In this document: positions 32,383-43,300 of the stretch, piece after piece
Layout: each line of letters starts with the position of its first letter
Numbering within the stretch: the stretch's first letter is position 1
Source of the DNA: a bacterium
GTDB lineage: Bacteria; Margulisbacteria; Marinamargulisbacteria; UBA817; JABISL01
Assembly: GCA_018700055.1 (NCBI GenBank)
Contig: JABISL010000034.1
Location: 1,560 to 65,559, forward strand
Length of the DNA stretch: 64,000 nucleotides
Direction: 5' to 3'
The notes under the pieces: model-generated
The model's input: only the letters and a program-made list of their open reading frames with translations
What the model was told of the DNA's origin: nothing
The model's database searches: none
Translations under genes and position numbers: made by a program

Positions 32383-34097
32383 AAACTAAAGCAGTCAAAT
32401 CACCTGATGCGGTTTGGCAAGCTTATCCTCAAAATATAGAGTTAGCCAAGTCCTTGGCGAAGACGTTGAATTGCCATGCGATCACTGCGCAACTTTTATT
32501 GAATAGAGGGATTCGATCGGTAACGGAAGCTAAGGCATTTTTGTTTCCAGAACTGGATGCCTATCAAACGCCTTTTCTCAGTGAGCCATTGGCGGCAGCA
32601 ATTGAATTGATTAGTGACGTTGTAGAATCAAAAGGGCCTGTATTTGTATATGGTGACTATGACGTAGATGGGGTTACATCAACGACTATTATGGTTGATA
32701 TTCTTAGACGCTTGGGTGTTCATGTAGATTATATGATTCCGGATCGTTTCAAAGATGGGTATGGCCTGGGAAAAAGTGCTGTTCAAAGAGTGTTGTTGGG
32801 TAACTATTCATTAATGATAGCTTTGGATTGTGGGATTAGTAATTGGCGTGAAATTGAGGTTATTCGCCAAGAAAAAGAGACAAAGGTTCTCATAATGGAT
32901 CATCATAAAACGCCTCAAAAATTACCGGATGCACAAGCCATTCTTAATCCAAGAGATCAACCAGAAGGCCACCCGTTTGGTGAATTGTGTACGGCGGGCA
33001 TTGTTTATTGTTTTTGGATGGAAGCAATCAAAGCGAAGGGTTGGGATTTGGATATTACCGATTATCTTGATGTTGCTGCTCTTGGGACAGTGGCAGATAT
33101 GATGCCGCTTTCTGGACAAAATAGAGTGCTTACAATGTTTGGATTGAAACAGCTTTCTTCTCGAAACAGAGATAGTTTACGGATACTTTTGGAAAGAGTG
33201 GGGTTTAAAAATTCTCAAGTGACTTCTCGCGATATTGGATTTGTGATTGCTCCTAGATTAAATGCGGCGGGTCGTTTGGTTCATGCGAAGGCGGGGGTTG
33301 AACTTCTTCTTGCTGGAACTACGGAAGAAATGTTTCGGATATCAGGTGAGTTAGATGGACTTAACCAAAGGCGAAGAGAAATGGGACAGTTGATTTTAGC
33401 GGGGGCAGAAGCTCAAATAAAAGCGGATCCATCTGTTTTGGACGCCCATGTGGTGGCCTTGTCTGGTGAGGATTGGCACACCGGAATTATTGGCATAACA
33501 GCGGCTCAATTGGTCCGAAAACATGGTCGCCCTGCAGTAATGATCACCGAAGAGTCAGGGATTTGTAGAGGATCTGCTAGAAGCGTGCCTGGAGTAGACA
33601 TCTATCAGGTTTTGAAGGCTTGTGATGGTCATTTTGAAACATTTGGAGGCCATGCAGGTGCCGCTGGTTTTAGTATGTTGCCAGAGAAGGTTCCGGCTTT
33701 TTTGCTTGCTTTGCGGGAGATTTCTTTGACGATGATTTCATCAGGGGATTTAGTTCCTGTTTTGGATATAGATATTGCTGTGGACCCTAAAGATATGACT
33801 CTGGATCTTGTATCTGATTTAGCGAAGATGGAGCCATTTGGTATGGGAAATCCGCAACCTGTTTTCTATACAAATCAACTTCGTCCCGAGGACTTTCGAA
33901 CAGTGGGTGACGGCTCACATTTAAAGGCGAGTTTTCGATCCTTAGATGGCAAGACAGTTGTGGATGCCATTGGATTTGGTATGGCCGACAAGCTTCCTAA
34001 ACTGTATGAAGATCAAGTTGAGTTAGCCTTTCATTTGGAGACAAATGAGTGGGGCGGTGTGGTTGTGCCTCAGTTGAGGTTGGTAGGTGTTCGATAG
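32379..34097 (+). CDS. recJ: single-stranded-DNA-specific exonuclease RecJ
   Basis: 572 aa with DHH motifs (VYGDYDVDGVTST, DHH at MDHHK) and a DHHA1 domain (GGHAGAAGF). Confidence 0.85.
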   Translation: MKTKAVKSPDAVWQAYPQNIELAKSLAKTLNCHAITAQLLLNRGIRSVTEAKAFLFPELDAYQTPFLSEPLAAAIELISDVVESKGPVFVYGDYDVDGVTSTTIMVDILRRLGVHVDYMIPDRFKDGYGLGKSAVQRVLLGNYSLMIALDCGISNWREIEVIRQEKETKVLIMDHHKTPQKLPDAQAILNPRDQPEGHPFGELCTAGIVYCFWMEAIKAKGWDLDITDYLDVAALGTVADMMPLSGQNRVLTMFGLKQLSSRNRDSLRILLERVGFKNSQVTSRDIGFVIAPRLNAAGRLVHAKAGVELLLAGTTEEMFRISGELDGLNQRRREMGQLILAGAEAQIKADPSVLDAHVVALSGEDWHTGIIGITAAQLVRKHGRPAVMITEESGICRGSARSVPGVDIYQVLKACDGHFETFGGHAGAAGFSMLPEKVPAFLLALREISLTMISSGDLVPVLDIDIAVDPKDMTLDLVSDLAKMEPFGMGNPQPVFYTNQLRPEDFRTVGDGSHLKASFRSLDGKTVVDAIGFGMADKLPKLYEDQVELAFHLETNEWGGVVVPQLRLVGVR

Positions 34098-34138
34098 TAT
34101 TGCCCATCGACTCTATAGCAGCTATAGTAGTCCACTGT

Positions 34139-34214
34139 CGGGGTGTGGCGCAGTTGGTAGCGCACCAGTTTTGGGAACTGGGGGCCGGAAGTTCGAGTCT
34201 TCTCACCCCGACCA
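34139..34214 (+). tRNA. tRNA-Pro (anticodon UGG)
   Basis: Folded by hand into a 76-nt cloverleaf. It has a 7-bp acceptor stem (CGGGGTG/CACCCCG), a D-arm GCGC-AGTTGGTA-GCGC, an anticodon stem CCAGT/ACTGG with loop TTTGGGA (UGG at positions 34-36, G37), a T-arm GGAAG-TTCGAGT-CTTCT and the ACCA end. Confidence 0.85.
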
Positions 34215-34246
34215 TTAGGAAAAATGATAGACTATAGTGTAAGGAA

Positions 34247-34738
34247 TTGGAGATCAATATGAATTTAAAAGACGTTAAAAAGCTTATTAAACTAGTAGAA
34301 GACGCCAATATTACTGCCTTATCTATAGAAGAAGATGGGAAGAAGATAGAAGTCAAAAAAGATTCTATTCATGCATCAGCACCGTCTTATTTGGCCCCTC
34401 AGCCAGCTCCGGTTATGACGGCACCAGTTGCTGCGGCTCCTTTAGCTGAGACGCCTCAAGCAGCTCCTGCTTCGGTTGAGCCAGTGAATGATTCGAACTT
34501 AGTGGCAATTAAGTCCCCCATGGTAGGCACGTTTTATGCGTCTTCTAGCCCTGAAACACCGGTTTATGTGAAAGAAGGGTCTTCTGTTAAGGAAGGCGAT
34601 GTTGTTTGTATGGTTGAGGCTATGAAGCTGTTTAATGAAATTGAGTCTGAAGTGTTAGGAACTATCGAAAAGATTTTGGTAGAGAATGCATCGCCAGTAG
34701 AGTATGGCCAAGACCTTTACCTCGTTAGACTGTCATAA
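34247..34738 (+). CDS. accB: acetyl-CoA carboxylase biotin carboxyl carrier protein
   Basis: 163 aa with an Ala/Pro-rich linker and a biotinyl domain containing the EAMKLFNEIES motif. No accC is adjacent. Confidence 0.85.
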   Translation: MEINMNLKDVKKLIKLVEDANITALSIEEDGKKIEVKKDSIHASAPSYLAPQPAPVMTAPVAAAPLAETPQAAPASVEPVNDSNLVAIKSPMVGTFYASSSPETPVYVKEGSSVKEGDVVCMVEAMKLFNEIESEVLGTIEKILVENASPVEYGQDLYLVRLS

Positions 34739-34756
34739 ATTTCGCGAATTGAACGA

Positions 34757-34820
34757 TTTTAGATTTGATTTTTGTTCTCGCCGTATAGTAATACGCCTGT
34801 AGGAAACCCGAATCTAAAAG
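34757..34820 (+). repeat. Structured intergenic repeat, copy B (TTTTAGATTTGATTTTTGTTCTCGCCGTATAGTAATACGCCTGTAGGAAACCCGAATCTAAAAG). It lies 19 nt after the accB stop.
   Basis: It has outer inverted arms TTTTAGATTTG / CGAATCTAAAAG and an inner hairpin CGTAT-AGTA-ATACG. It is homologous to copies A and C. Confidence 0.5.
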
Positions 34821-34953
34821 CCCGGAAAATACGATATTCTTTACGCATGAAGAGCGTGTGTAGCTTATGTGCATAGGATACCCCCTCCCCTATAAAATGT
34901 TTAAAAAGTGTGAAAACTGGGTACTCTATTAATTACGTAGGGGGGGACTTACG

Positions 34954-35124
34954 ATGAATAAGAACGCGCGTCTAGCGATGATGCGTCATTTTCTCGAAGC
35001 TCAACGTATTGGGGAGGAAGCGGAGTTACACGCACAGTCAAATGTGCATAACGCTGATCTTGATCACCAAGACATGGAATTTCGTGTGAATGATCGCACA
35101 GAAGCATCAAACGCCACAGTTTAG
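34954..35124 (+). CDS. unannotated 56-aa small ORF with a strong RBS
   Basis: AGGGGGGGActtacgATG, then MNKNARLAMMRHFLEAQRIGEEAELHAQSNVHNADLDHQDMEFRVNDRTEASNATV, ending TAG at 35122-35124. It is followed by the hairpin AGACAAC...GTTGTCT. It is below the ORF-track cutoff. Confidence 0.3.
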   Translation: MNKNARLAMMRHFLEAQRIGEEAELHAQSNVHNADLDHQDMEFRVNDRTEASNATV

Positions 35125-35167
35125 ACTGTGCCGGGGACTAGACAACACCGAGTACAATCGGGGTTGT

Positions 35168-37351
35168 CTACCCTGATTTGGGGCGGAAAACAGCGGTGAC
35201 GTCGGGAACGGCGCCCACGATTTTTTTTAGATGATTCAGGTGATCCATATCTTTCAGTTCTAGTTGGATACGAATCATAGCGCGTCCATCACTAAATACT
35301 TTACTGCTAGCTTGTAGAATATTGGTTTTGGATTCTGAGATTCGGTTTACGATGTCTTTTAATAGACCCATTCTGTCATACCCTTCAATTTCTAGGGTGA
35401 CTGGGAAAACACGTTCGCTGGATTTGATTTCCCACTCGACATCGATCAATCTATGGCGATCTTTTTCAGAGAGCTTGCTTATGTTTTGGCAACACGTTCG
35501 ATGAACGGCTACGCCAAATCCCATAGTGACAAAGCCGATAACATCGTCTCCTGGTAGTGGATGGCAACATTTGGCCAAATACACTTCAATGTTTTCTTCT
35601 CCGAGAACGCGAATTCCATAAATGGACTCCTTGCCAGTTTGGGCGGGTGTTTTGTAGTCCAACGATTGAAGGACTTCGGCATTGCTCGGTTGATCAAGTT
35701 TGCCAGTGATTTTGTCTAAATGTCGGATGACGCCTGGTACGCCGATATCTCCATTTGCAATAGCTAGGTAAAGGGTCTCTAGTGAGTCAAACTGATGTTT
35801 ATCTAAAAAGGGTTGGATATTTGGTCTGTTTGCTAAATCCTTAGCAACATATCCGGCGGCAACTAAGGCTTTTTCCAGTTCATGCTTGGCACGATCCTTT
35901 TTTTCGTTGGCATCTTGGCGGCGGAACCACTGTTTGATTTTGCTTTGTGCATAACTGGTTTTGACAAACTCAAGCCAGTCTAGTTTAGGGTTGGCGGTTT
36001 TGCCTTGTATTATTTCAAGGCGATCGCCATTTTGAAGGGTGTAGTGAAGCGTGACGATGTGACCATTTATTTTGGCGCCTTGGATACTGTTTCCGACTTC
36101 AGTATGGACTCTATAGGCAAAATCAATAGGCGTAGCACCTTTAGGCAAAACAAAGAGTTCTCCTGCGGGAGAAAAAACGAAGACCTCGGCGGCAAAAAGA
36201 TCGATTTTGAGGGTTTGGATATAAGAGTCTGGATCATCTTGTTGGGCAGATAAAATTTGTCGTAACCAAGCAAAGTCGGCTTGGTATGTCGTTGCATCTG
36301 ATTTTTTCCCTTCTTTGTATTTCCAGTGAGCGGCGACCCCATACTCTGCAACCTCATCCATTTCTTTGGTTCGAATTTGTATTTCTACAGGGCGTCCTTC
36401 ATGGCCGATAACGGTGGTATGCAAAGATTGATACATATTGGTTTTTGGTAAGGCAATATAGTCCTTAATTCGACCGGCTACGGGGGTAAATTTTGCATGA
36501 ATAATTCCGAGGGTTTCATAACAATTTGCAAGGGTATCTACAATGATGCGAATGCCAAGCAAGTCATACATTTCGCTGTAGTCATCCCCTTTTTGGATTT
36601 TTCGGAAAATACTAAAAAAGTGTTTGGGCCGTCCGGTCACAACACCTTTTACCGGACTTGAATCCAATAGGATCTCTACCTGTTTGATCATTTTTTTGAT
36701 ATATAATTCGCGCTCCTCTCTTTTGGAGGCAACAGCAGATCGAATAGATTTGAACTCTTCAGGAAATAAATACATCATCGACAAATCTTCTAATTCCCAT
36801 TTAAGGCTTCCCATACCCAATCGATAGGCAAGTGGCGCAAAGATTTCTAATGTTTCTTTGGCGATTCGTTGTTGTTTGTCAGGGCGTAAATGTTTGAGGG
36901 TGCGCATATTATGTAAGCGGTCGGCGAGTTTAATGATAACGACTCGTAAATCCTCTGCCATGGCCAAAAACATTCGTCGATAGTTTTCTGCTTGAGCTTC
37001 TTCAGAGGTGCCAAAATAAACTTTTCCCAATTTGGTGACACCTTTGATTAAGTGGGTTACTTCAGAACCAAACTCAGACAAAATTTCGGATTCTTTGGCG
37101 TTGGTATCTTCCAAAACATCATGGAGGAGGGCTGCAGCGATAGTATCTCGCCCTTGGTTTTGTTCTGCCAAAATAATCCCTACTTCTAAGGGGTGTGTAA
37201 TATAGGGTTTTCCAGATTTACGAATTTGGTTGGTGTGCCAATGATCAGCGAACTCATAAGCGGAGCGGATGAATTGAATATCCTCAGGCGGCATTGTATC
37301 GCCAAAGCAGTTAATTAAGGTATCGATTGTTGGCGACTCAGACATACCCAC
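35168..37351 (-). CDS. spoT: bifunctional (p)ppGpp synthetase/hydrolase of the RelA/SpoT family
   Basis: 727 aa. It has the HD hydrolase motif (HPLEVGIILAE...LLHDVLEDT), a synthetase domain, and TGS and ACT-like C-terminal regions. Confidence 0.9.
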   Translation of the reverse strand: MGMSESPTIDTLINCFGDTMPPEDIQFIRSAYEFADHWHTNQIRKSGKPYITHPLEVGIILAEQNQGRDTIAAALLHDVLEDTNAKESEILSEFGSEVTHLIKGVTKLGKVYFGTSEEAQAENYRRMFLAMAEDLRVVIIKLADRLHNMRTLKHLRPDKQQRIAKETLEIFAPLAYRLGMGSLKWELEDLSMMYLFPEEFKSIRSAVASKREERELYIKKMIKQVEILLDSSPVKGVVTGRPKHFFSIFRKIQKGDDYSEMYDLLGIRIIVDTLANCYETLGIIHAKFTPVAGRIKDYIALPKTNMYQSLHTTVIGHEGRPVEIQIRTKEMDEVAEYGVAAHWKYKEGKKSDATTYQADFAWLRQILSAQQDDPDSYIQTLKIDLFAAEVFVFSPAGELFVLPKGATPIDFAYRVHTEVGNSIQGAKINGHIVTLHYTLQNGDRLEIIQGKTANPKLDWLEFVKTSYAQSKIKQWFRRQDANEKKDRAKHELEKALVAAGYVAKDLANRPNIQPFLDKHQFDSLETLYLAIANGDIGVPGVIRHLDKITGKLDQPSNAEVLQSLDYKTPAQTGKESIYGIRVLGEENIEVYLAKCCHPLPGDDVIGFVTMGFGVAVHRTCCQNISKLSEKDRHRLIDVEWEIKSSERVFPVTLEIEGYDRMGLLKDIVNRISESKTNILQASSKVFSDGRAMIRIQLELKDMDHLNHLKKIVGAVPDVTAVFRPKSG

Positions 37352-37359
37352 ATTGTACC

Positions 37360-37956
37360 TTAGATCAATGCGTCTTGAATGAGTATTTTGGCTTGTTGTA
37401 ACGCAATATGTCGATGCGATAAGGCGTTTTTTTCTTGGGAGCTCATTTGGGCAAACGTTCTGTCGTCGCCTTCAGGGATAAAAACAGCGTCATAGCCAAA
37501 TCCATTGTCTCCGACTAGATCGGGACTAATATGGCCGCGAATAATGCCAGATGTCGTTTGGATCGCGTTGTCCGGAAACCGAATGGCGATTACGCATTGA
37601 AACTGGGCATCACGATTCCCGGTGTGATGGAGCTCTTTCAGAAGTTTATGGCAGAGTTCTTCTTTGCTTGCGTTTTCACCTGCATACCGAGCGGAATAAA
37701 TGCCTGGTGCACCGTCTAGGATATCCACTTCTAATCCCGAGTCATCAGCAACAAGAATGGTGTTGGCTTTAAGGGAAAAAGCGGTGACTTTTTTTATTGC
37801 ATTTTCTTCAAATGTGAGTCCATCTTCAATGATAGTTACAGGGTTGGGATAAATGTCTTTGTAAGGTGAAACAGAGACGGGCAAATCGGATAAAAGTGAT
37901 GTCATTTCGTGACACTTATTTGCATTGTTTGTTGCTAATACGATTTGATGGGTCAT
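37360..37956 (-). CDS. rdgB: non-canonical purine NTP pyrophosphatase (RdgB/Ham1 family)
   Basis: 198 aa. It has the LATNNANKCHEM N-terminal motif and Ham1-like blocks. Confidence 0.8.
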   Translation of the reverse strand: MTHQIVLATNNANKCHEMTSLLSDLPVSVSPYKDIYPNPVTIIEDGLTFEENAIKKVTAFSLKANTILVADDSGLEVDILDGAPGIYSARYAGENASKEELCHKLLKELHHTGNRDAQFQCVIAIRFPDNAIQTTSGIIRGHISPDLVGDNGFGYDAVFIPEGDDRTFAQMSSQEKNALSHRHIALQQAKILIQDALI

Positions 37957-38001
37957 ACAGGTAGTCTATGATATAATTTTGGTGTTAATCAAGCGTATAT
38001 A

Positions 38002-38790
38002 TTGAGTAGTTTCTCAAATGCTATGAGGGGGTTGAAGAGGATGTTTATTAAAATCACGGTCTTAGTGATTGTTGTTTTTAGTTGGATAACGACGACTATT
38101 GTTGCGATGATGCCATCGTATGTTAAGCCTATTTGGCATGGTCCTCGATCGATAAAGACCGTAGCGCTAACCTTTGATGATGGACCGCATCCGGATTATT
38201 CGAATACGATTTTGGACGTGTTGAATACTCATGATGTGTCGGCAACCTTTTTTGTAGTGGGACGATCCGTTTTGGCCTACAAGACAATTGTCCAGCGTAT
38301 GGCTGCGGAAGGACATGAACTAGGGAATCACACATTTACTCATCAACGGTTGGATCAGCTAGCTCCGGCAGAAATGGTATTAGAGATGGATTCGATTAAT
38401 CGTTTAGTCAGGGAAGTAACTGGCCAGAATATGACTTTTTTTCGACCCCCAGGAGGTCGATATAACCGGTATGTTCTGGATCATCTAAAAACCACTTCAA
38501 TGCAAATGGTTCTGTGGGATATTAATACCGGGGATTATTATGTTCCTGTATCTGAGGAAGATCGATCGGATTACCCTTATGCTAAAAATACAGTCCAGAA
38601 AAAAGCCGCTCGTGTAGTTAAAGAGATATTAGAGTCCGTACAGTCGGGCAGTATTATTCTTTTGCATAATACGGATGGCGAGACGATTAAGGCGCTTCCT
38701 CAGATTATTACAGCGCTTAGGGGGCAAGGGTATCGATTTGTTACATTGTCTAAGATGCTAAAAGAGGGGTCCTTGGTGGTTAAACGATGA
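38002..38790 (+). CDS. polysaccharide deacetylase (NodB homology domain)
   Basis: 262 aa with an N-terminal TM and the NodB motifs TFDDGPHP and HTFTHQ. Confidence 0.75.
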   Translation: MSSFSNAMRGLKRMFIKITVLVIVVFSWITTTIVAMMPSYVKPIWHGPRSIKTVALTFDDGPHPDYSNTILDVLNTHDVSATFFVVGRSVLAYKTIVQRMAAEGHELGNHTFTHQRLDQLAPAEMVLEMDSINRLVREVTGQNMTFFRPPGGRYNRYVLDHLKTTSMQMVLWDINTGDYYVPVSEEDRSDYPYAKNTVQKKAARVVKEILESVQSGSIILLHNTDGETIKALPQIITALRGQGYRFVTLSKMLKEGSLVVKR

Positions 38791-39623
38791 CAAGGTTGTC
38801 TCAACTTGTAATGGATCAAGGGATTCAGACGGTTTTGGTGGATGCATCGGGAGTCTTGTATACGGATGATGGTGTTGTCCCAGGTGTTCCTGAGACTATT
38901 CAGTCGCTTAGAGATGCGGGTTGTTATGTAATAGTTGTGACTAACAATTCGGGGCACTCTCAGGCGATGATTGCGGATCGGTTAACTAGGTTTGGGATAC
39001 CAATAGACCCTCAAGATGTGATTTCATCAGGGTTGGGATTGTCAGAAGATGCGCAGTGTCGTCAAATTATTGAGGGGCGATCGGTTTTTGTTTATGGACG
39101 AGCGTCGTCTCATGGATACGTCACAATGGCTGGGGGGCAAATCGTTGATGAGGTTGGTGATAGTGAAGTGGTTGTGATGATGGCCTCACTCAAAGCGGAT
39201 AATCAGGCGGTTTATGAATCGGTTAGGGCGCATGTTATTGCAACTGGGGTTCCGGTTGTTTGTGCTAATCCGGATCAATATATTTGGAATCAAGAAGGGT
39301 TATATAAGGTTTGTGGCTACTATGCGACGCAATTGGAAAAAGAAACTTCGTGCTCAATGACATGGATTGGCAAACCTTTTTGCAATTTCTCTATGGTAGT
39401 ACACGATATATTAATGAGGCGGAATATTTCCGTTGATAATAATGTTCTTTTTATTGATGACAATATCCACAATGTAGATCGACTTCGGTCCGACCTGGGA
39501 ATCCTAGGCGGTTGTGTTAGTCTAACGGGCTTAATGAACCACTATGGAATGGATATTATACAGATTGGTCAGAATACGGATTATGTATTCGAGACATTGG
39601 CAGGGGAAATATCGACTAACTAG
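38787..39623 (+). CDS. HAD-superfamily class IIA-like hydrolase
   Basis: 278 aa. It has the N-terminal DASGVLY (motif I) in a HAD-IIA context. Its start overlaps the deacetylase stop (ATGA). Confidence 0.5.
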   Translation: MTRLSQLVMDQGIQTVLVDASGVLYTDDGVVPGVPETIQSLRDAGCYVIVVTNNSGHSQAMIADRLTRFGIPIDPQDVISSGLGLSEDAQCRQIIEGRSVFVYGRASSHGYVTMAGGQIVDEVGDSEVVVMMASLKADNQAVYESVRAHVIATGVPVVCANPDQYIWNQEGLYKVCGYYATQLEKETSCSMTWIGKPFCNFSMVVHDILMRRNISVDNNVLFIDDNIHNVDRLRSDLGILGGCVSLTGLMNHYGMDIIQIGQNTDYVFETLAGEISTN

Positions 39624-39658
39624 ATATGGGGACAGGTTAAATAACGTTAACGAGGCAA

Positions 39659-40318
39659 ATGATGAGTTTAGAAAATTATAAATTAACAGTATTAAATGAA
39701 ATGGGCGTATTGAAGAAAGTTTCTTCTTTTGTTCAAGAAACAGTTTTTAATTTAGGTTGTGTGAAATCGGCTTTTGATTCTCGACTACCTGTAGGGGAGT
39801 TTCCGATTAAGGGTTATGAAAACGATGACCCTAATGACGGGATATGTCGGTCTTCATTAACGTCCAATGCGGACTCAAGTGTATTCGGAGGTTACTCAGC
39901 GAAGTCTTCACCAGAGGGGTCTCCTGTATCGAGAGCGGGTCGAGTCATTAGTCTTTCTTCAGATGGAGGAACGGATGGAGACGCTTCGCCGGCTTTTCTT
40001 ACTGGACGAGAGAGTAAGGTTTCGATGCCCTTGAAAATTTCTGAGTATGGGGCGCAACAAACTATTTATCCAATAGTAGAGAATCCACCGATGATGAGGG
40101 CTAGCTCTTTACAAAATATAGCTAGTGAGCGACTACACTCTCCTGTAAAACAGCAATCTGGATCGTTTCCGAGAAGTTCTTTCCAGGGGATGTTTAAGCA
40201 GGGAATGTTAACTTCTCATGTTCCTCGTGCGAGTAATTTGAAAGAGGGGCCTTCAAAAGAGGCCTATGATAGAGCTTTGATTATAGGGTCGTCAAAATCA
40301 AGAGCTGCAAATATCTAA
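39659..40318 (+). CDS. hypothetical Ser/Pro-rich intrinsically disordered protein with SP motifs
   Basis: 219 aa. It has no signal peptide and is low-complexity S/P/G-rich (SSPEGSPVSRAGR, LHSPVKQQSGSFPRSSF). Confidence 0.4.
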   Translation: MMSLENYKLTVLNEMGVLKKVSSFVQETVFNLGCVKSAFDSRLPVGEFPIKGYENDDPNDGICRSSLTSNADSSVFGGYSAKSSPEGSPVSRAGRVISLSSDGGTDGDASPAFLTGRESKVSMPLKISEYGAQQTIYPIVENPPMMRASSLQNIASERLHSPVKQQSGSFPRSSFQGMFKQGMLTSHVPRASNLKEGPSKEAYDRALIIGSSKSRAANI

Positions 40319-40395
40319 AGCGTATAAGGCGATAATGTTGATAGAGGAGGGGATGATGAATAGAGTGTTGATGCTTTGTTTCATCTATATGGTTT

Positions 40396-43300
40396 ATGAA
40401 CATGTTTAATAAAGTGTTATTTAAAGTTTTGGCGGTTGTTTCTCGGGATGTTCATCAAACCAGCGCGGTTTTTGGGACGCTAACCGTTACAGAAAGAATG
40501 GAAACGGTTTTTTCTGATATGTTGAAGGTGATAGATGAGCAGTTTCCTGCGGATCTAACATTAGTACATACTGATGGTCCGGCTAGAGAGTCTCTTTCGG
40601 TCTCACCACCTTTGCCAAGGGCAGGGTCCCAGGATGGCCGTGAGTCTAAGATGTCGTCTCCTCTTCGAGCATATACTCGGACAATGACCCCGACAGATAT
40701 TCCTGATCGAAACGATGAGGTAAGTGAACCCTTTTCAGTTTTGAGTAATGTTCTTGATGAAATGAGCCAAAGCAACCTTCAAGTTGGCGATGAAATTGTT
40801 CCTCTGTCAGTGTTTTATATGTATTTGAGGATACTAGAAAGGGAGTTTGAGACAGCGGTTGTTTCTTATACTTCTGGAATTGGAGATTTCATTCAAGCAC
40901 TTCAGGATTATATGAGAGAGCATAATGCTAACCCGATAGGTGCGATTCACAACTTCCATCAGCATCTTTTGGGGGAAAGAACATTAGCGTCAGAATGGAT
41001 TGAGAAACACCAAATAGCAGGAGATGACAATGAAGGTGGGTGGGAATCTGAGCTAAAAAAAATATTTAAGCAAGCCAACAGTAGTATGGTTTCCGTTGGG
41101 GTTTCTTTCCAGAAAGATGCCAACTATTTTGATCGGAATTATACGGCTTTTCGTAAATATTGGGATTTAATGGAGCCAACTTATTCGATGGGCATGGGGA
41201 TGTCTCGGAACAATAAAAGACAGTACTTTTTGATGGCGGCTACATTTTCTCGTGTTTTAGCTCAAAGATTAGGGGATTTGTATTCAGATAGCCCCCTGCC
41301 AGAATTTAATTGGCGGAATGTTTTGTACGATAGTTTTATGAGTACCTTACCCGTATCCAAACCCGCGATTGGGCTAGATACGTTTATGAATGAGCTAATG
41401 AAGAAGCCAGAGTTGATAAAAAAAGAATCGTTTTTTGTTAATGGTGATCATTGCGATCTTTTAATTTTTGATAACCGAAAGAAAGGGTTGTTTAATGGGT
41501 TTGAGTCAGAAGCCTATGGGATGCTATGTTCGCAGTTTCATGAAGCATGGGCGCTGGCGCTTACTGAGCTAGGGATGGATCGTGTACGCCAAGTAACCAC
41601 CCCTTTTGGTGGTGGTTATATGGAGGCTGATTTTATCACTCTAGTTGCATGTAAACCGGGTGATAAATTCGATAGCCTGAAAGCATTTTTTACTAGTAAA
41701 TATTCAATTTCAGAGATTGTGTCGAGCGGGGATTTCGAAAAGAAATATCAAGGCGATATATTTATGGGAGGGTGTTATGTGCCGCCCAAAGATCAGGGGC
41801 TTCAAGTAGGAGAAATTGCGGCGTTCTTTACGTTAAAAGAAGGGTTGAACTGTGTAGCAAAGGATATCGTCATCACTCGGGACGGTAATACAGTTCCTTT
41901 GAAATATGATGATCTTGTCAGGGTTACTAATAGTACTAGAACCAATTCTTCAAAGGCGATAGGTGCACTAGAAAAGGTGGGGTTCGGATTAATGGGGCGT
42001 TTTCAAGAGTATGAGAAAAGGGCTGACGTTTTGATTGATGCGTTATCTAAAACAGATAAGGCGCTTGTGACAGAAATGTGTAATGCACATTTTTTACTGA
42101 ATAGAGAGGGTATGACAAACGATTATGGTCAGCCAGATTTACCAATGTACAACGAATATGATCACCCTGTGGTCAACACGAGAGACTTTTTTTGGGTCCC
42201 AGAAGTGTATCAGGAAAGTCAGCCTGTTATGGAAAAAATGGACGATTTGGACCGGTTGGTCTTGGCGATTCAAGCGGATTTTGATTCTCGAGCAGGGTCT
42301 ACAGAAGCGATTCAAATGGTGAGAAAAGAGATGTTGTCTCGAATAGATAGGTTAGGAGTATTTAAACAATATTTGATAGATAATGTTGAGAAACAAGACC
42401 GATTTTTTGAGTTTATGGCTAGGCAATGGGAAGTGTTTCAGGAAGAAGTTCCTGATGACTTTTCGACAGTTAGGAGACAATACTTTGATCATTGTCACCC
42501 GGCTAGATCAGATGAATATCGCCCGCCTAAGCAACTTGCTTGTTTTAATACGGGATTGGTTCGAGAGGCGTTGCCTCCGACATGGGATGTGGAGCAGTTT
42601 CGTCCGGATCTGTTAAAAAAGAATCGAACATTGGTGGCTTTTTTTATGTGCCTACGTCACCTAGGCGATTCTTTATATGTATCACATGACTTGGATCAGT
42701 CAAGACTGGGCAAGGCGATTAAAATGATTCGTGGGTTTCAAAAAATGGAGACAAATCTTGAAACCAAGCTTCAAGCAACGATTTACCCGAAAGTTACGCG
42801 GATATTTGGTAGTCAAGAAGAGGTGTCTGGCGGAGAGTTATTTGATGCTGAAGGCCGAGGAATTACCAAAGAAAAAATTAATGAAATGTTTTTAGAAATG
42901 AAAGGACTATTGGCCTTTGTTCCGAAAGCTCAATGGCGACTACTTCAGAAAAATCAAATTGTAGTGGATTTTTATGGGACAATGAATATAATGCAAAGTC
43001 TTGTAGCGTGTTTGGACTGTTTGGAGCAAGTTCAGAATGAGGGTGTGAGCCCTTCCTTTTTTGATTCTTTGAAAAGTTTGATAAAGCTTGTTTCTGACTT
43101 AGAAAAAATGCTTTCTAGGGCTCAATCTGGGGATGTGTTATTTGATGGAGAAGAGAAACCTCTTCAATGGATGGGTGTTTTGTCCTTGTCTAAGCAAATG
43201 TATTTGCAAACAGCTATTGGCGATACGTTATCACCGCTGTATGGGGTATTGACGAGCCAAATTCGTCAGTCGCTATTGGCGCATCCAGAGTCTTTTTTGG

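Noticed and set aside
34098-34138. Possible second tRNA or tmRNA flanking tRNA-Pro
   Set aside because: The flanking sequence does not fold into a cloverleaf. Only the 76-nt tRNA-Pro is supported.
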